Assembly: GCA_046351135.1 (NCBI GenBank)
Contig: JAXLZA010000011.1
Location: 174,806-238,805 of the forward strand
DNA length: 64,000 bases
Source: Myxococcota bacterium
Lineage (GTDB): Bacteria; Myxococcota_A; UBA9160; UBA4427
Direction of reading: 5' to 3'
The position numbers and the translations under genes are program-made. The notes under the pieces were generated by a model. That model did not search any database. It was not told the DNA's origin and saw nothing but the letters and a program-made list of their open reading frames with translations. Below, one piece after another: positions 35,331-42,951 of this stretch (the stretch's first letter is position 1; every line of letters begins with the position of its first letter).

Positions 35331-36683
35331 TCAAACGAGGATCTCCGAGATCGGGCGCGCCGTCTCGTTCGCCTTGAAGCCCCACTTCGCGACGGGCAGG
35401 CCCATCACCTGCTGCAGCGTCAAGCCGACCCGCGCCGTCGTCTCGCCGGCGCCGCGGACGTGGAGGCCGTTCCGGATGCGGCCACCGGCGGTGCCCGCGA
35501 GCATGATCGGCAGGCCCGAGACGCTGTGGCTGTTCGCGTCCGAGGTCTCGGAATGACAGAGGACGACGGTCTGGTCGAGGAGCGTCCCGTCCCCCTCGCG
35601 CACCGACGCGAGGATCTCCACGAAGGTCGCCCACGCCTCCATGCTGCGCATCACGAACTGCGTCGCCTTGGGCTGGTAGCCGAGCTTCGGATCCTTCGCT
35701 TCCTCGTGGGTCAGCGTGTGGTGCGTGTCGGGGCTGCCGGCGGTGTGGAGACCCGAGGCGCCGGCGGAGAAGACGACGTTGAAGACGCGCGTCTGGTCGC
35801 AGGCGAGCGCGAGAGCGAGGACCCGGGCCATCGCTTCGTGATTGCGCACGACGTGGTCGACGTCCTGGGAGGGTTGCACGGCGCCCGGCTGCTCCGGGAC
35901 GCGACAGGCCTCGAGGGGCGGCGGCGCCGAGAGCTGGAGCTCGAGCTGGCGCTCGAGCTGACGCAGCGCCGTGAAGTATTCGTCGAGGCGCGCGCGATCG
36001 GCCTGACCGAGCTGCTTCTCGACCCGGGCGCGATCCTCGGCGACCAGGGACAGGACGCTCTTGCGCAGGAGGACCCGGGGATCCGGCTCGAACTCCCCCG
36101 CGTTCGGATCCGTGAAGCCCGGGCCGAAGACGCGGAGATACAGCGAGAGGGCCGTCGGCTCCGCCGGATTGATCGCGCTCTCGCTGCGGCGGCTGTAGCT
36201 GTCCTTCGGCAGGCCGTGGGCCGCCATCTCGAGGGAACGGAAGCGGGTCGAGCCGCCGATCGCGTCGGAGATCAGGACGTCGACGGTCGGGCCGTCGTTC
36301 TCGGTCGTCGTCGCCGGGGCACCGCCGGTCAGGGTGCCGATCACGCCGGTGCGGTGGACGTGGTTGGTCTCGCCGGCGAGCAGCACGCTGAAGCCGCTCA
36401 GCACGCTGACGTGCGGGCGCACCTTCTCGATCGGCATCAGCTCGGGCGTCAGCGCGAACCCGGCCCCTTCTTCTTTCGGATTCCAGCGATGGGGGTTCAT
36501 TCCGCAGCCGTAGAACCAGGTCCCGAAGCGCCGCGGCAGCGGCGCGCCCGTCGCGGCGAGAGCGTCGCCGTTCCCGTTCAGGAAGATCTCGAGATAGGGA
36601 AGACCGACGGAGAGCCCCGCCCCCGCGATCGCGCCCCGCAAGGATCGTTCGAGCAGACGCCGGCGCGTGATCCGAAGGCTCAT
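35331..36683 (-). CDS. DUF1552 domain protein with Tat signal
   Basis: ATG 36683 overlaps the upstream stop (ATGA). Twin-arginine leader MSLRITRRRLLERSLRGAIAGAGL. DUF1552-type blocks FGTWFYGCGMNP, SPDTHHTLTHEE, LCHSETSDANSHS. Confidence 0.88.
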   Translation of the reverse strand: MSLRITRRRLLERSLRGAIAGAGLSVGLPYLEIFLNGNGDALAATGAPLPRRFGTWFYGCGMNPHRWNPKEEGAGFALTPELMPIEKVRPHVSVLSGFSVLLAGETNHVHRTGVIGTLTGGAPATTTENDGPTVDVLISDAIGGSTRFRSLEMAAHGLPKDSYSRRSESAINPAEPTALSLYLRVFGPGFTDPNAGEFEPDPRVLLRKSVLSLVAEDRARVEKQLGQADRARLDEYFTALRQLERQLELQLSAPPPLEACRVPEQPGAVQPSQDVDHVVRNHEAMARVLALALACDQTRVFNVVFSAGASGLHTAGSPDTHHTLTHEEAKDPKLGYQPKATQFVMRSMEAWATFVEILASVREGDGTLLDQTVVLCHSETSDANSHSVSGLPIMLAGTAGGRIRNGLHVRGAGETTARVGLTLQQVMGLPVAKWGFKANETARPISEILV

Positions 36684-38314
36684 GATCGCTCCTGCCCTTC
36701 CCCGGCCGGCGGCGTCGCCGTCTGGAAGGCCGGGGACAGCACGATCGCCCGCATCAACGGGGCGATCCGATGGCCCTCGGCCTCGAAGCGCCGCTCGAGA
36801 TGGCGCAGCAACGGGCGCTCCTCGAGCGTCGCGACCCGCCCCACCGCATAACGATAGGCGTTCTCGACCAGGCAGGCCGGGATCAGCGGGCTCTCGGCCA
36901 GCGCCCCGCCGAGCGATGCAGCATCCGCGAACGACCGCCCGTCGAGATCCCCGCTCGGGTCGATCGGGGCCCCGTTCTCGGTGCTCCGGACCCGCCCGAG
37001 GCCGTCGAACTGCTCGAGTCCGAGGCCGATCGGGTCGGTCAGCTTGTGGCAGTTGCGGCAGGTCGCGTGGGTCGCGTGGACCTCGAGCCGATCCCGGGCG
37101 GTCCGGAGCTTCGGATCGTCGTCGGCATTGAAGAGGCCGAAGTCGACGTCCGCGGGTGCCGGCGGGACGCTCTGGCAAAGGAGCGCCTCGCGCAGGAAGA
37201 GTCCGCGCAGCGTCGGCGAGCTGCGCCCCGGGTGGGCGTTCAGCATGTTGAAGCTCGCGTGGCCGAGCAGGCCCGCGCGCGGCCCCGAGGCCGGGAGCTC
37301 GACCGCTTCCCAGCCCGTCTCCGTCCGGACCGGCAGCGCATAGACCGGTCCGAGGGTCCGGGTCATGAAGGTGCGGCGCGTCGTGAAGAGCGCGCGATAG
37401 TCGCCGTCCCGGGCGACCAGGTGGTCGACGACGGTGCGCAGCGTCTGCTCGCGAGCATCGGCGGCGACCTTCGCACTGAACATCGGATAGCGGATCGGGT
37501 CCTTGCCGAGCTCGTCGAAGGCGTCGAACTGGAAGAGATCGTCGAAGAAGGCGCGCACCCCCGCCTCGAAGCGCGGCGAGGCGAGCATCCGATCGACCTC
37601 CCGCGCGAGCGCCTCGGGATCGGAGAGCGCCCCCGCAGCCACGCGCCCGAGCAGCGCGTCGTCGGGGCCCGCGTTCCAGAGCAGGAAGGAGAGGCGCGAA
37701 GCGAGGGAGGCTTCGGTCAGGCGAAGCGGCTCCCCCGCCGAGGCCCCGGCCTCCACCGCCTCGATCCGGAACAGGAAGTCCGGCGCGACGAGCAGGCTCG
37801 TGACGATGAACTCGACGCCGGCGTAGAAGTCCGAGAGCTGCGTCGTCGCGCGGCCGGCGGCGGCGACGCGCGTCGTGATCTCCGCTTCCTCGAGGGGCCG
37901 GCGCAGCAGACGCGGTCCGATGCGCCGCAGCAGCGCCTCGCTGCAGGCGTCGTCCGGGGCCTTCGCGTCCTGCGGCCGACAGGGCAGCACGCGATCGCGC
38001 AGGGGCTCCGCGACGACCTGTCGCGCGACTTCGCGAGCCATGCCCTCGTACTGCTCGAAGCCGCTCGGCGTGATCGTCACGAAGGCGCTCGACACCGCGA
38101 TCAATCCGTCGCGGCGTCCATCGGGCTCGAAGCGCCCCGCGATCTCGATCTCCGGCCCGAAGACGTCGGCGATGGCGGCGCGGTACTGCGCCTCCGTCAG
38201 CCGGCGCATCGCCACCGGCCCGCCCGCGACCGCGGGCGTCTCCCCGGTGCCGCATCCCGTCTGGATCATCACCAGGCCGAACGCGAGCGCGATCGCGCGC
38301 GCGACCGCGCTCAC
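36680..38314 (-). CDS. DUF1587/DUF1595/DUF1592/DUF1588/DUF1585 multi-domain protein with a CXXCH haem-c motif
   Basis: GTG 38314 overlaps the upstream stop (GTGA). Lipoprotein-like leader AIALAFGLVMIQTGC. MRRLTEAQYRAAIADVFG (DUF1587-like), LASRLSFLLWNAGPDDALL (DUF1592-like), SSPTLRGLFLREALL (DUF1588-like), CRNCHKLTDPIGLGLEQFDGLG (DUF1585-like). Confidence 0.88.
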   Translation of the reverse strand: MSAVARAIALAFGLVMIQTGCGTGETPAVAGGPVAMRRLTEAQYRAAIADVFGPEIEIAGRFEPDGRRDGLIAVSSAFVTITPSGFEQYEGMAREVARQVVAEPLRDRVLPCRPQDAKAPDDACSEALLRRIGPRLLRRPLEEAEITTRVAAAGRATTQLSDFYAGVEFIVTSLLVAPDFLFRIEAVEAGASAGEPLRLTEASLASRLSFLLWNAGPDDALLGRVAAGALSDPEALAREVDRMLASPRFEAGVRAFFDDLFQFDAFDELGKDPIRYPMFSAKVAADAREQTLRTVVDHLVARDGDYRALFTTRRTFMTRTLGPVYALPVRTETGWEAVELPASGPRAGLLGHASFNMLNAHPGRSSPTLRGLFLREALLCQSVPPAPADVDFGLFNADDDPKLRTARDRLEVHATHATCRNCHKLTDPIGLGLEQFDGLGRVRSTENGAPIDPSGDLDGRSFADAASLGGALAESPLIPACLVENAYRYAVGRVATLEERPLLRHLERRFEAEGHRIAPLMRAIVLSPAFQTATPPAGEGQERS

Positions 38315-38820
38315 CGGATCCGCCCCGGCACGTCGTGGACCGGCGGATTCGAGGTCCGCAGCTCGACGTGGCGGATCTTGCCCCCCGCCTCGGCGACGAC
38401 GACGCCGCCCGCGAGGGCGACCACCGACGTCGCGAGCACGAGCCCGCCCAGGCGCCGACGCCAGGCGAGCCGCCGGGCTCCGATCGCGAGGGCGGCGGCG
38501 GCGAGCGCCGCATTGGCCGGGAGCAGTCGGCCCCAGCGCTCGGCGACGAAGGCGTGATGATCGAGCCAGCCCTGGCCATGGCCGTCGAGCTGGTCGAAGA
38601 GCTGCGGATAGGCCGCGTCCCCGGTCTGGAGCACCGCGATCGCCGAGCCCGAGGTGAGCAGGCAGAGCACGAGCCCGAGCCCGATCGAAGCCCAGCGATC
38701 CTCGAAGACGCCCCAACCGAGCACGCACGCGGAGACGGCGAGTCCGGTGATCGGGAGATGGTTCAGCAGGAGGTGCCGATAGGCGGGATTCTCGGCGAGC
38801 TCGATCCAGAATTCGGTCAA
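38311..38820 (-). CDS. Small integral membrane protein (about 4 TM helices; weak DUF2231-like resemblance)
   Basis: TTG 38820 with GGAAGGAGA and a 5-nt spacer, inside the long ORF 38311..41202. Hydrophobic segments LLLNHLPITGLAVSACVLGW, ASIGLGLVLCLLTSGSAIAVL, LLPANAALAAAALAIGA, LGGLVLATSVVALAGGVVVA. Confidence 0.62.
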   Translation of the reverse strand: MTEFWIELAENPAYRHLLLNHLPITGLAVSACVLGWGVFEDRWASIGLGLVLCLLTSGSAIAVLQTGDAAYPQLFDQLDGHGQGWLDHHAFVAERWGRLLPANAALAAAALAIGARRLAWRRRLGGLVLATSVVALAGGVVVAEAGGKIRHVELRTSNPPVHDVPGRIR

Positions 38821-39021
38821 CGTCGTCTCCTTCCCGCACGACCGGGGTCGGTCGGAAGCTAGCCGAACGGGCCCGCCTCCGTCGCCGCCCCGGCGAGCCC
38901 GTTCCGGCCCCCGCGTGGCCGAGCCGGTGCTCCCGACACCGCCCCGCCACAGAAGAAAGCGCGCACGCACGCAGCGTCGGGGCGGACCGAATCTCCCCGA
39001 CGCGGTACAGTCCGCGCCCGC

Positions 39022-40107
39022 ATGGCCACCACCGACCTCCCGACCCTCGAGTTCGTCGCCCGGAACTTCCGCAACTTCAACGCGCGCGCGACCCGCGACG
39101 CGCTCTTCGCCTACTGGGACCACGTCAAGCCCGGCGGCGGGAAGAGCGGCGCAAAGGGGGCTTCGAAGAGCGGCGGCCGCATGTACTGGGCCGTCGCCGG
39201 CGCGATGTCCTCGGCCCAGCTCGGCATCAGTCTCGCCCCGGCGATCCGCGCGGGCCTGATCCACGGGCTCTCGGTGACCGGCGCGAATCTCGAGGAGAGC
39301 CTCTTCCGCCTCGTCGCCCACCACAGCTACAAGGACTTCCCCGACTACCGCTACTTCCAGAAGGCGGACGACACGAAGATCCTCGAAGACCGCATGCGCC
39401 GGGTCACCGACACGAGCATTCCCGAGGACGAGGCCTTCCGCGCCGTCGAGAAGATCCTGGTCCCGATGTGGCTCGAGGCGACGAAGAAGGGCGAGCGCCG
39501 CTTCTGGCACGAGTACTTCTACGACCTCGTGCTGCGGCTCCCGAAGAAGCTCTACGAGGGCAACCCGGCGGAGTGCTGGCTGCTCGCCGCCGCCGAGGCG
39601 AAGCTCCCGATCGTCGTCCCCGGCCACGAGGACTCGACCTTCGGCAACATCTTCGCGTCCCACGTGAAGACCGGCGAGTGCGACGCGCGCATCGTGAAAT
39701 CGGGCATCGAGTACATGGCCCAGCTCTACGACGACTACGCAGTGCTCTCGCAGGGCAAGGGCGTCGGCTTCTTCCAGATCGGCGGCGGCATCGCCGGCGA
39801 CTTCCCGATCTGCGTGGTGCCGTCGATCAAGTACGACCTGCAGAAGCCGGTGAAGCCCTGGGCCTACTTCTGCCAGATCTCGGACTCGACGACGTCCTAC
39901 GGCTCCTATTCCGGCGCGACGCCCAACGAGAAGATCACCTGGGACAAGCTGACCGAGGACACGCCGATGTTCGTCATCGAATCGGACGCGACGATCGTGG
40001 CGCCGCTCATGCTCCAGGCACTGCTCGAGTGTCGCGCGAATCCGAAGGCGGCCGACGCGATCATCCAGCGCTCGCGGGCGGAGACGAAGAAGTCCCGGGC
40101 GCGCTAG
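39022..40107 (+). CDS. Deoxyhypusine synthase-like (DHS / homospermidine-synthase-type) protein
   Basis: 361 aa. GFFQIGGGIAGDF and FCQISDSTTSYGSYSGATPNEKITWDKL align from memory with human DHS LGGGVVKHH and ..DGSDSGARPDEAVSWGKI (catalytic Lys). Also VTGANLEES. Confidence 0.85.
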   Translation: MATTDLPTLEFVARNFRNFNARATRDALFAYWDHVKPGGGKSGAKGASKSGGRMYWAVAGAMSSAQLGISLAPAIRAGLIHGLSVTGANLEESLFRLVAHHSYKDFPDYRYFQKADDTKILEDRMRRVTDTSIPEDEAFRAVEKILVPMWLEATKKGERRFWHEYFYDLVLRLPKKLYEGNPAECWLLAAAEAKLPIVVPGHEDSTFGNIFASHVKTGECDARIVKSGIEYMAQLYDDYAVLSQGKGVGFFQIGGGIAGDFPICVVPSIKYDLQKPVKPWAYFCQISDSTTSYGSYSGATPNEKITWDKLTEDTPMFVIESDATIVAPLMLQALLECRANPKAADAIIQRSRAETKKSRAR

Positions 40108-41306
40108 AGCCCGGGCCCGACCGGGCTGCTCGACGGCTCGCCGCTCGGGCGGTCGCTCGTGCCCGTTCGCTCCGCCGCGCGGCGCGCGAGGATCGGCGAG
40201 ACGATCTCGCTGATCCGCTTGGCCATCCGCTCGTTGCCGTTCTCGGTGACGTGGCAGGGGCCGGTGTAGATGAACTCGTCGCCGTCGAAGGCGTCGGTCG
40301 CGTCGTGGATCCAGTCGGCGCCGGAGACGGCGATCTTCTCCTTCAGCTTCGGATAGACGAGCTTGTGGTCGATGCCGCGGCCGAGCTTGTTCGGGTTCGA
40401 CTGGGCCGTCGCGTAGTCGTCGAGGGAGAAGCTGTCGTCGGCGAGGTGCGAGAGGTTCGGGCTTCCGATCGCGGCGACGGGCTGCAGGATGGCGACGAAT
40501 TCGGCACCCGCGAGCGCCGCCACCGCCCGGGCCGTCCGCCAGTTGGCCAGCGTCATCGCCGCGACCCGGTCGCCGTAGCTCGGATCCTCCATGCAGCGCG
40601 AGGTCTCGACCGTGAGCCGCCCGGCCGCCTTGCGCAGGTCCTGGACGAGGAGACGGAGGCCGCTCGTGAAGACCTGGAAGACGAGGGGCCCCGGCTCGAC
40701 CAGCGCCGCGAGCTGAGCCTGGCGGCCGTGGCCCGTCAGGTCGACGTCCCGGCGGCAGAGCTCGCGGACGTCGTTGTAGCCGTCGTAGAAGACGACGAGA
40801 TCGACCGGCTCGCCGAGATGCACGAGGCTCTCGAGGCGCTCGAGCTCCTGGCGGCTGTAGTAGCCGGACTCGCCGTGGTTGTGGACGGTCCAGTCCGGGT
40901 GGAGCGCGTTGAAGAGCGCGGGGATCGTGTGGTCGTCGTCGACGCCGGTGCCCCAGGTCGTCGAGCCGCCGAAGAAGCGGACGACGCCGCGCTCGCCCTT
41001 CCCCGGCGCGCGATGGACGCGATCCCCCGCCTCGTCGACGTTCACCGTCTCGCCGCGGAACGGCTTGCGCTTCCACTCGACGAACGGCACGTAGCGGGTC
41101 CCGAGCTTGCGGGTCTCGGCGAAGATCTTCCGCGAGTGGTCCTTGTCGACGTAGTTGGGCAGGTCGACCCGCTCGTCGGCCTTCTCCTTGCGGTCGCTCC
41201 ACCAGTCGGAGAGGTCGTAGATCCCCGCCGTGATCGCGTTCGCGACCAGCAGGAGCAGCAGGAAGACCGCGACGTTGCCGGCGACGAGCCGGAGCAGACG
41301 ACCCAC
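40104..41306 (-). CDS. Membrane-anchored SGNH/GDSL-like hydrolase-fold protein
   Basis: 400 aa, GTG start. N-terminal TM helix (LVAGNVAVFLLLLLVANAI). VVRFFGGSTTWGTGV (block I-like), HNHGESGYYS, LVVFYDGYNDV. Confidence 0.68.
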   Translation of the reverse strand: MGRLLRLVAGNVAVFLLLLLVANAITAGIYDLSDWWSDRKEKADERVDLPNYVDKDHSRKIFAETRKLGTRYVPFVEWKRKPFRGETVNVDEAGDRVHRAPGKGERGVVRFFGGSTTWGTGVDDDHTIPALFNALHPDWTVHNHGESGYYSRQELERLESLVHLGEPVDLVVFYDGYNDVRELCRRDVDLTGHGRQAQLAALVEPGPLVFQVFTSGLRLLVQDLRKAAGRLTVETSRCMEDPSYGDRVAAMTLANWRTARAVAALAGAEFVAILQPVAAIGSPNLSHLADDSFSLDDYATAQSNPNKLGRGIDHKLVYPKLKEKIAVSGADWIHDATDAFDGDEFIYTGPCHVTENGNERMAKRISEIVSPILARRAAERTGTSDRPSGEPSSSPVGPGL

Positions 41307-41313
41307 CCCGGGC

Positions 41314-42138
41314 TCAGTAGCCGCGTCGCGTGGGATCGTTGTAGTAGGTCAGCGCGAAGTAGTCGCGGACCCCGCAGCCGGCGGGCAGCGGCTCGCGACC
41401 GTGGAAGCTGCGCTTCGTCACGGCGAACACCAGCCCGCAATTGCCCTCGAAGGGCACCGTCTTCACGTTCCGGAAGCGCGGTCGGAATCCCGGCAGGCGG
41501 AGGGTCGGGACGTAGAGGCTCGTGCCGAGACCGACCTGCTCGCGGCTGCGCGGGAAGTAGATGAGCCCCGACATGACCTTCGCCTTCGTGTCGGGATGGG
41601 GCAGGATCTTGTAGCCGGACACGTCGCGGTTGAGCGCGGGCCGCGCGTACGCCTCGATCGCCTCGAGCGGCTCGGAGAAGCGCTCGCGGATGCCGGGCTC
41701 GAGCTTGCGCAGGAGCGCCAGCTTGACCCGGTCGTCCTGGGTCGCGCGCGTCGCGGCCGTCCAGAGATCCCGCTGTCGGCCGGCGGGGAGCAGCGGCAGG
41801 CGATCCTCGGAGAGCGGGGCCTGGATGCGCGGGCTCGTGCCGTCGTCGCGGACGGAGTCCTTGTGGATCAACGGCTCGTAGAAGGAATCCGGCGGGAGCG
41901 CGGCGAGCAGCTCCTCGTAGAGATCCTGCGGAAAGCAGCCGCGGATGAAGACGTAGGGAAACGGGTCGGTCTCGAGGGGCGTGGCCTCGATCGCCCGGAC
42001 CAGATGGTCCCGCATCGCCGACTCGAGGCGGGCGACCTCGGAGGCCGACGACGGGGGCTCGATGCGTTGGGCCGCGGGACGGGCCTGGGATTCGTACGAC
42101 CGACTCTCGAACGAGGACGGGATCGGACTCGAGGACAC
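41314..42138 (-). CDS. Hypothetical protein, 2OG-Fe(II)-oxygenase-like (HxD...H)
   Basis: GTG 42138 with GGAGGA and a 6-nt spacer is preferred over the track start 42201, which has no SD. PFPYVFIRGCFPQDLYEELLAALP, YKILPHPDT (HxD), KRSFHGREP (distal His). Family call is tentative. Confidence 0.5.
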   Translation of the reverse strand: MSSSPIPSSFESRSYESQARPAAQRIEPPSSASEVARLESAMRDHLVRAIEATPLETDPFPYVFIRGCFPQDLYEELLAALPPDSFYEPLIHKDSVRDDGTSPRIQAPLSEDRLPLLPAGRQRDLWTAATRATQDDRVKLALLRKLEPGIRERFSEPLEAIEAYARPALNRDVSGYKILPHPDTKAKVMSGLIYFPRSREQVGLGTSLYVPTLRLPGFRPRFRNVKTVPFEGNCGLVFAVTKRSFHGREPLPAGCGVRDYFALTYYNDPTRRGY

Positions 42139-42213
42139 GAACGCTCCTCCGGAAATCGAACGGGACCCCGGGCTCGCTGCCCGGAGCCCCGTCCAGGACA
42201 CCGTGAAACGAGA

Positions 42214-42528
42214 TCAGTTCCCGTACACGACCGTGCAGAACTTGGCGATGATGCCGAGCATGTTGGTCGAGTGGTGGTCGACGCCGGTCACGGTCTTGAT
42301 GCCGCCGTTCGCCGCCGCCGTCGCGATGCTCGCATCGCCCACGGCGACCACGCCCACGTACGACGTCGCACAGGCTTCGCCCTTCTTGCCGCCGATCGCA
42401 CCTTCCGCGTCGAGCGGACCGTGCACGTCGGCCCAGAAGGAACCATTGACGGGCGAAGCCGCCATCGCACAGCCGAACATCGGAGACAACAGAGCCACAG
42501 CCAGAACCGTCATGACGAGCTTCTTCAC
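42214..42528 (-). CDS. TRL-like family lipoprotein
   Basis: GTG 42528 with AAGGGAG and a 7-nt spacer, inside ORF 42214..42699. Leader VKKLVMTVLAVALLSPMFGC. TRL-type core KKGEACATSYVGVVAVGDASIATAAANGGIKTVTGVDHHSTNMLGIIAKFCTVVYG. Confidence 0.75.
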   Translation of the reverse strand: MKKLVMTVLAVALLSPMFGCAMAASPVNGSFWADVHGPLDAEGAIGGKKGEACATSYVGVVAVGDASIATAAANGGIKTVTGVDHHSTNMLGIIAKFCTVVYGN

Positions 42529-42547
42529 GAAAAACTCCCTTCGAGTT

Positions 42548-42689
42548 GGATCCGACCAGCCGGATCCGAGCCGGTGGAGATCGCGCGGACGCCGACCTCG
42601 GCGTGCTCGAACCCACCCCCCATGTGCGTCGCATGGTACGCCACGGAGTCGGATCGCCCCAGAGTGGATCCGCATTTTCGTGATCCGCA
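42548..42689. repeat. Cluster of GGATCC / GATCCGCA motif copies in a divergent promoter region
   Basis: GGATCCGA at 42548-42555 and 42562-42569. GTGGATCCGCA at 42664-42674 and GTGATCCGCA at 42680-42689, separated by ATTTTC. A related GGATCG at 42651-42656. Confidence 0.4.
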
Positions 42690-42951
42690 CCACGCCCACC
42701 GGCGGGCCCGCATCGAGCGCCGCCCCGGCTGGCGATCCCGGGCCGGGAGGGCGGCCCTCGGAACGGAGCCCCGCCGATCGGGGGCCCGACGATCGGGGCG
42801 CCGGGGACCGGCCCCGGCTCGGACTAACGCCCGGGGGCCCCCCGTCGGTATGCGTGGCGGATCGCCGCGGTTGACAAGCCCGCCCGCCTTCAGGAGCGTT
42901 GGCCAGAGCTTCCCGATTCCCGGGCGTTCACCCGGGCCGTGCGGCCATACC

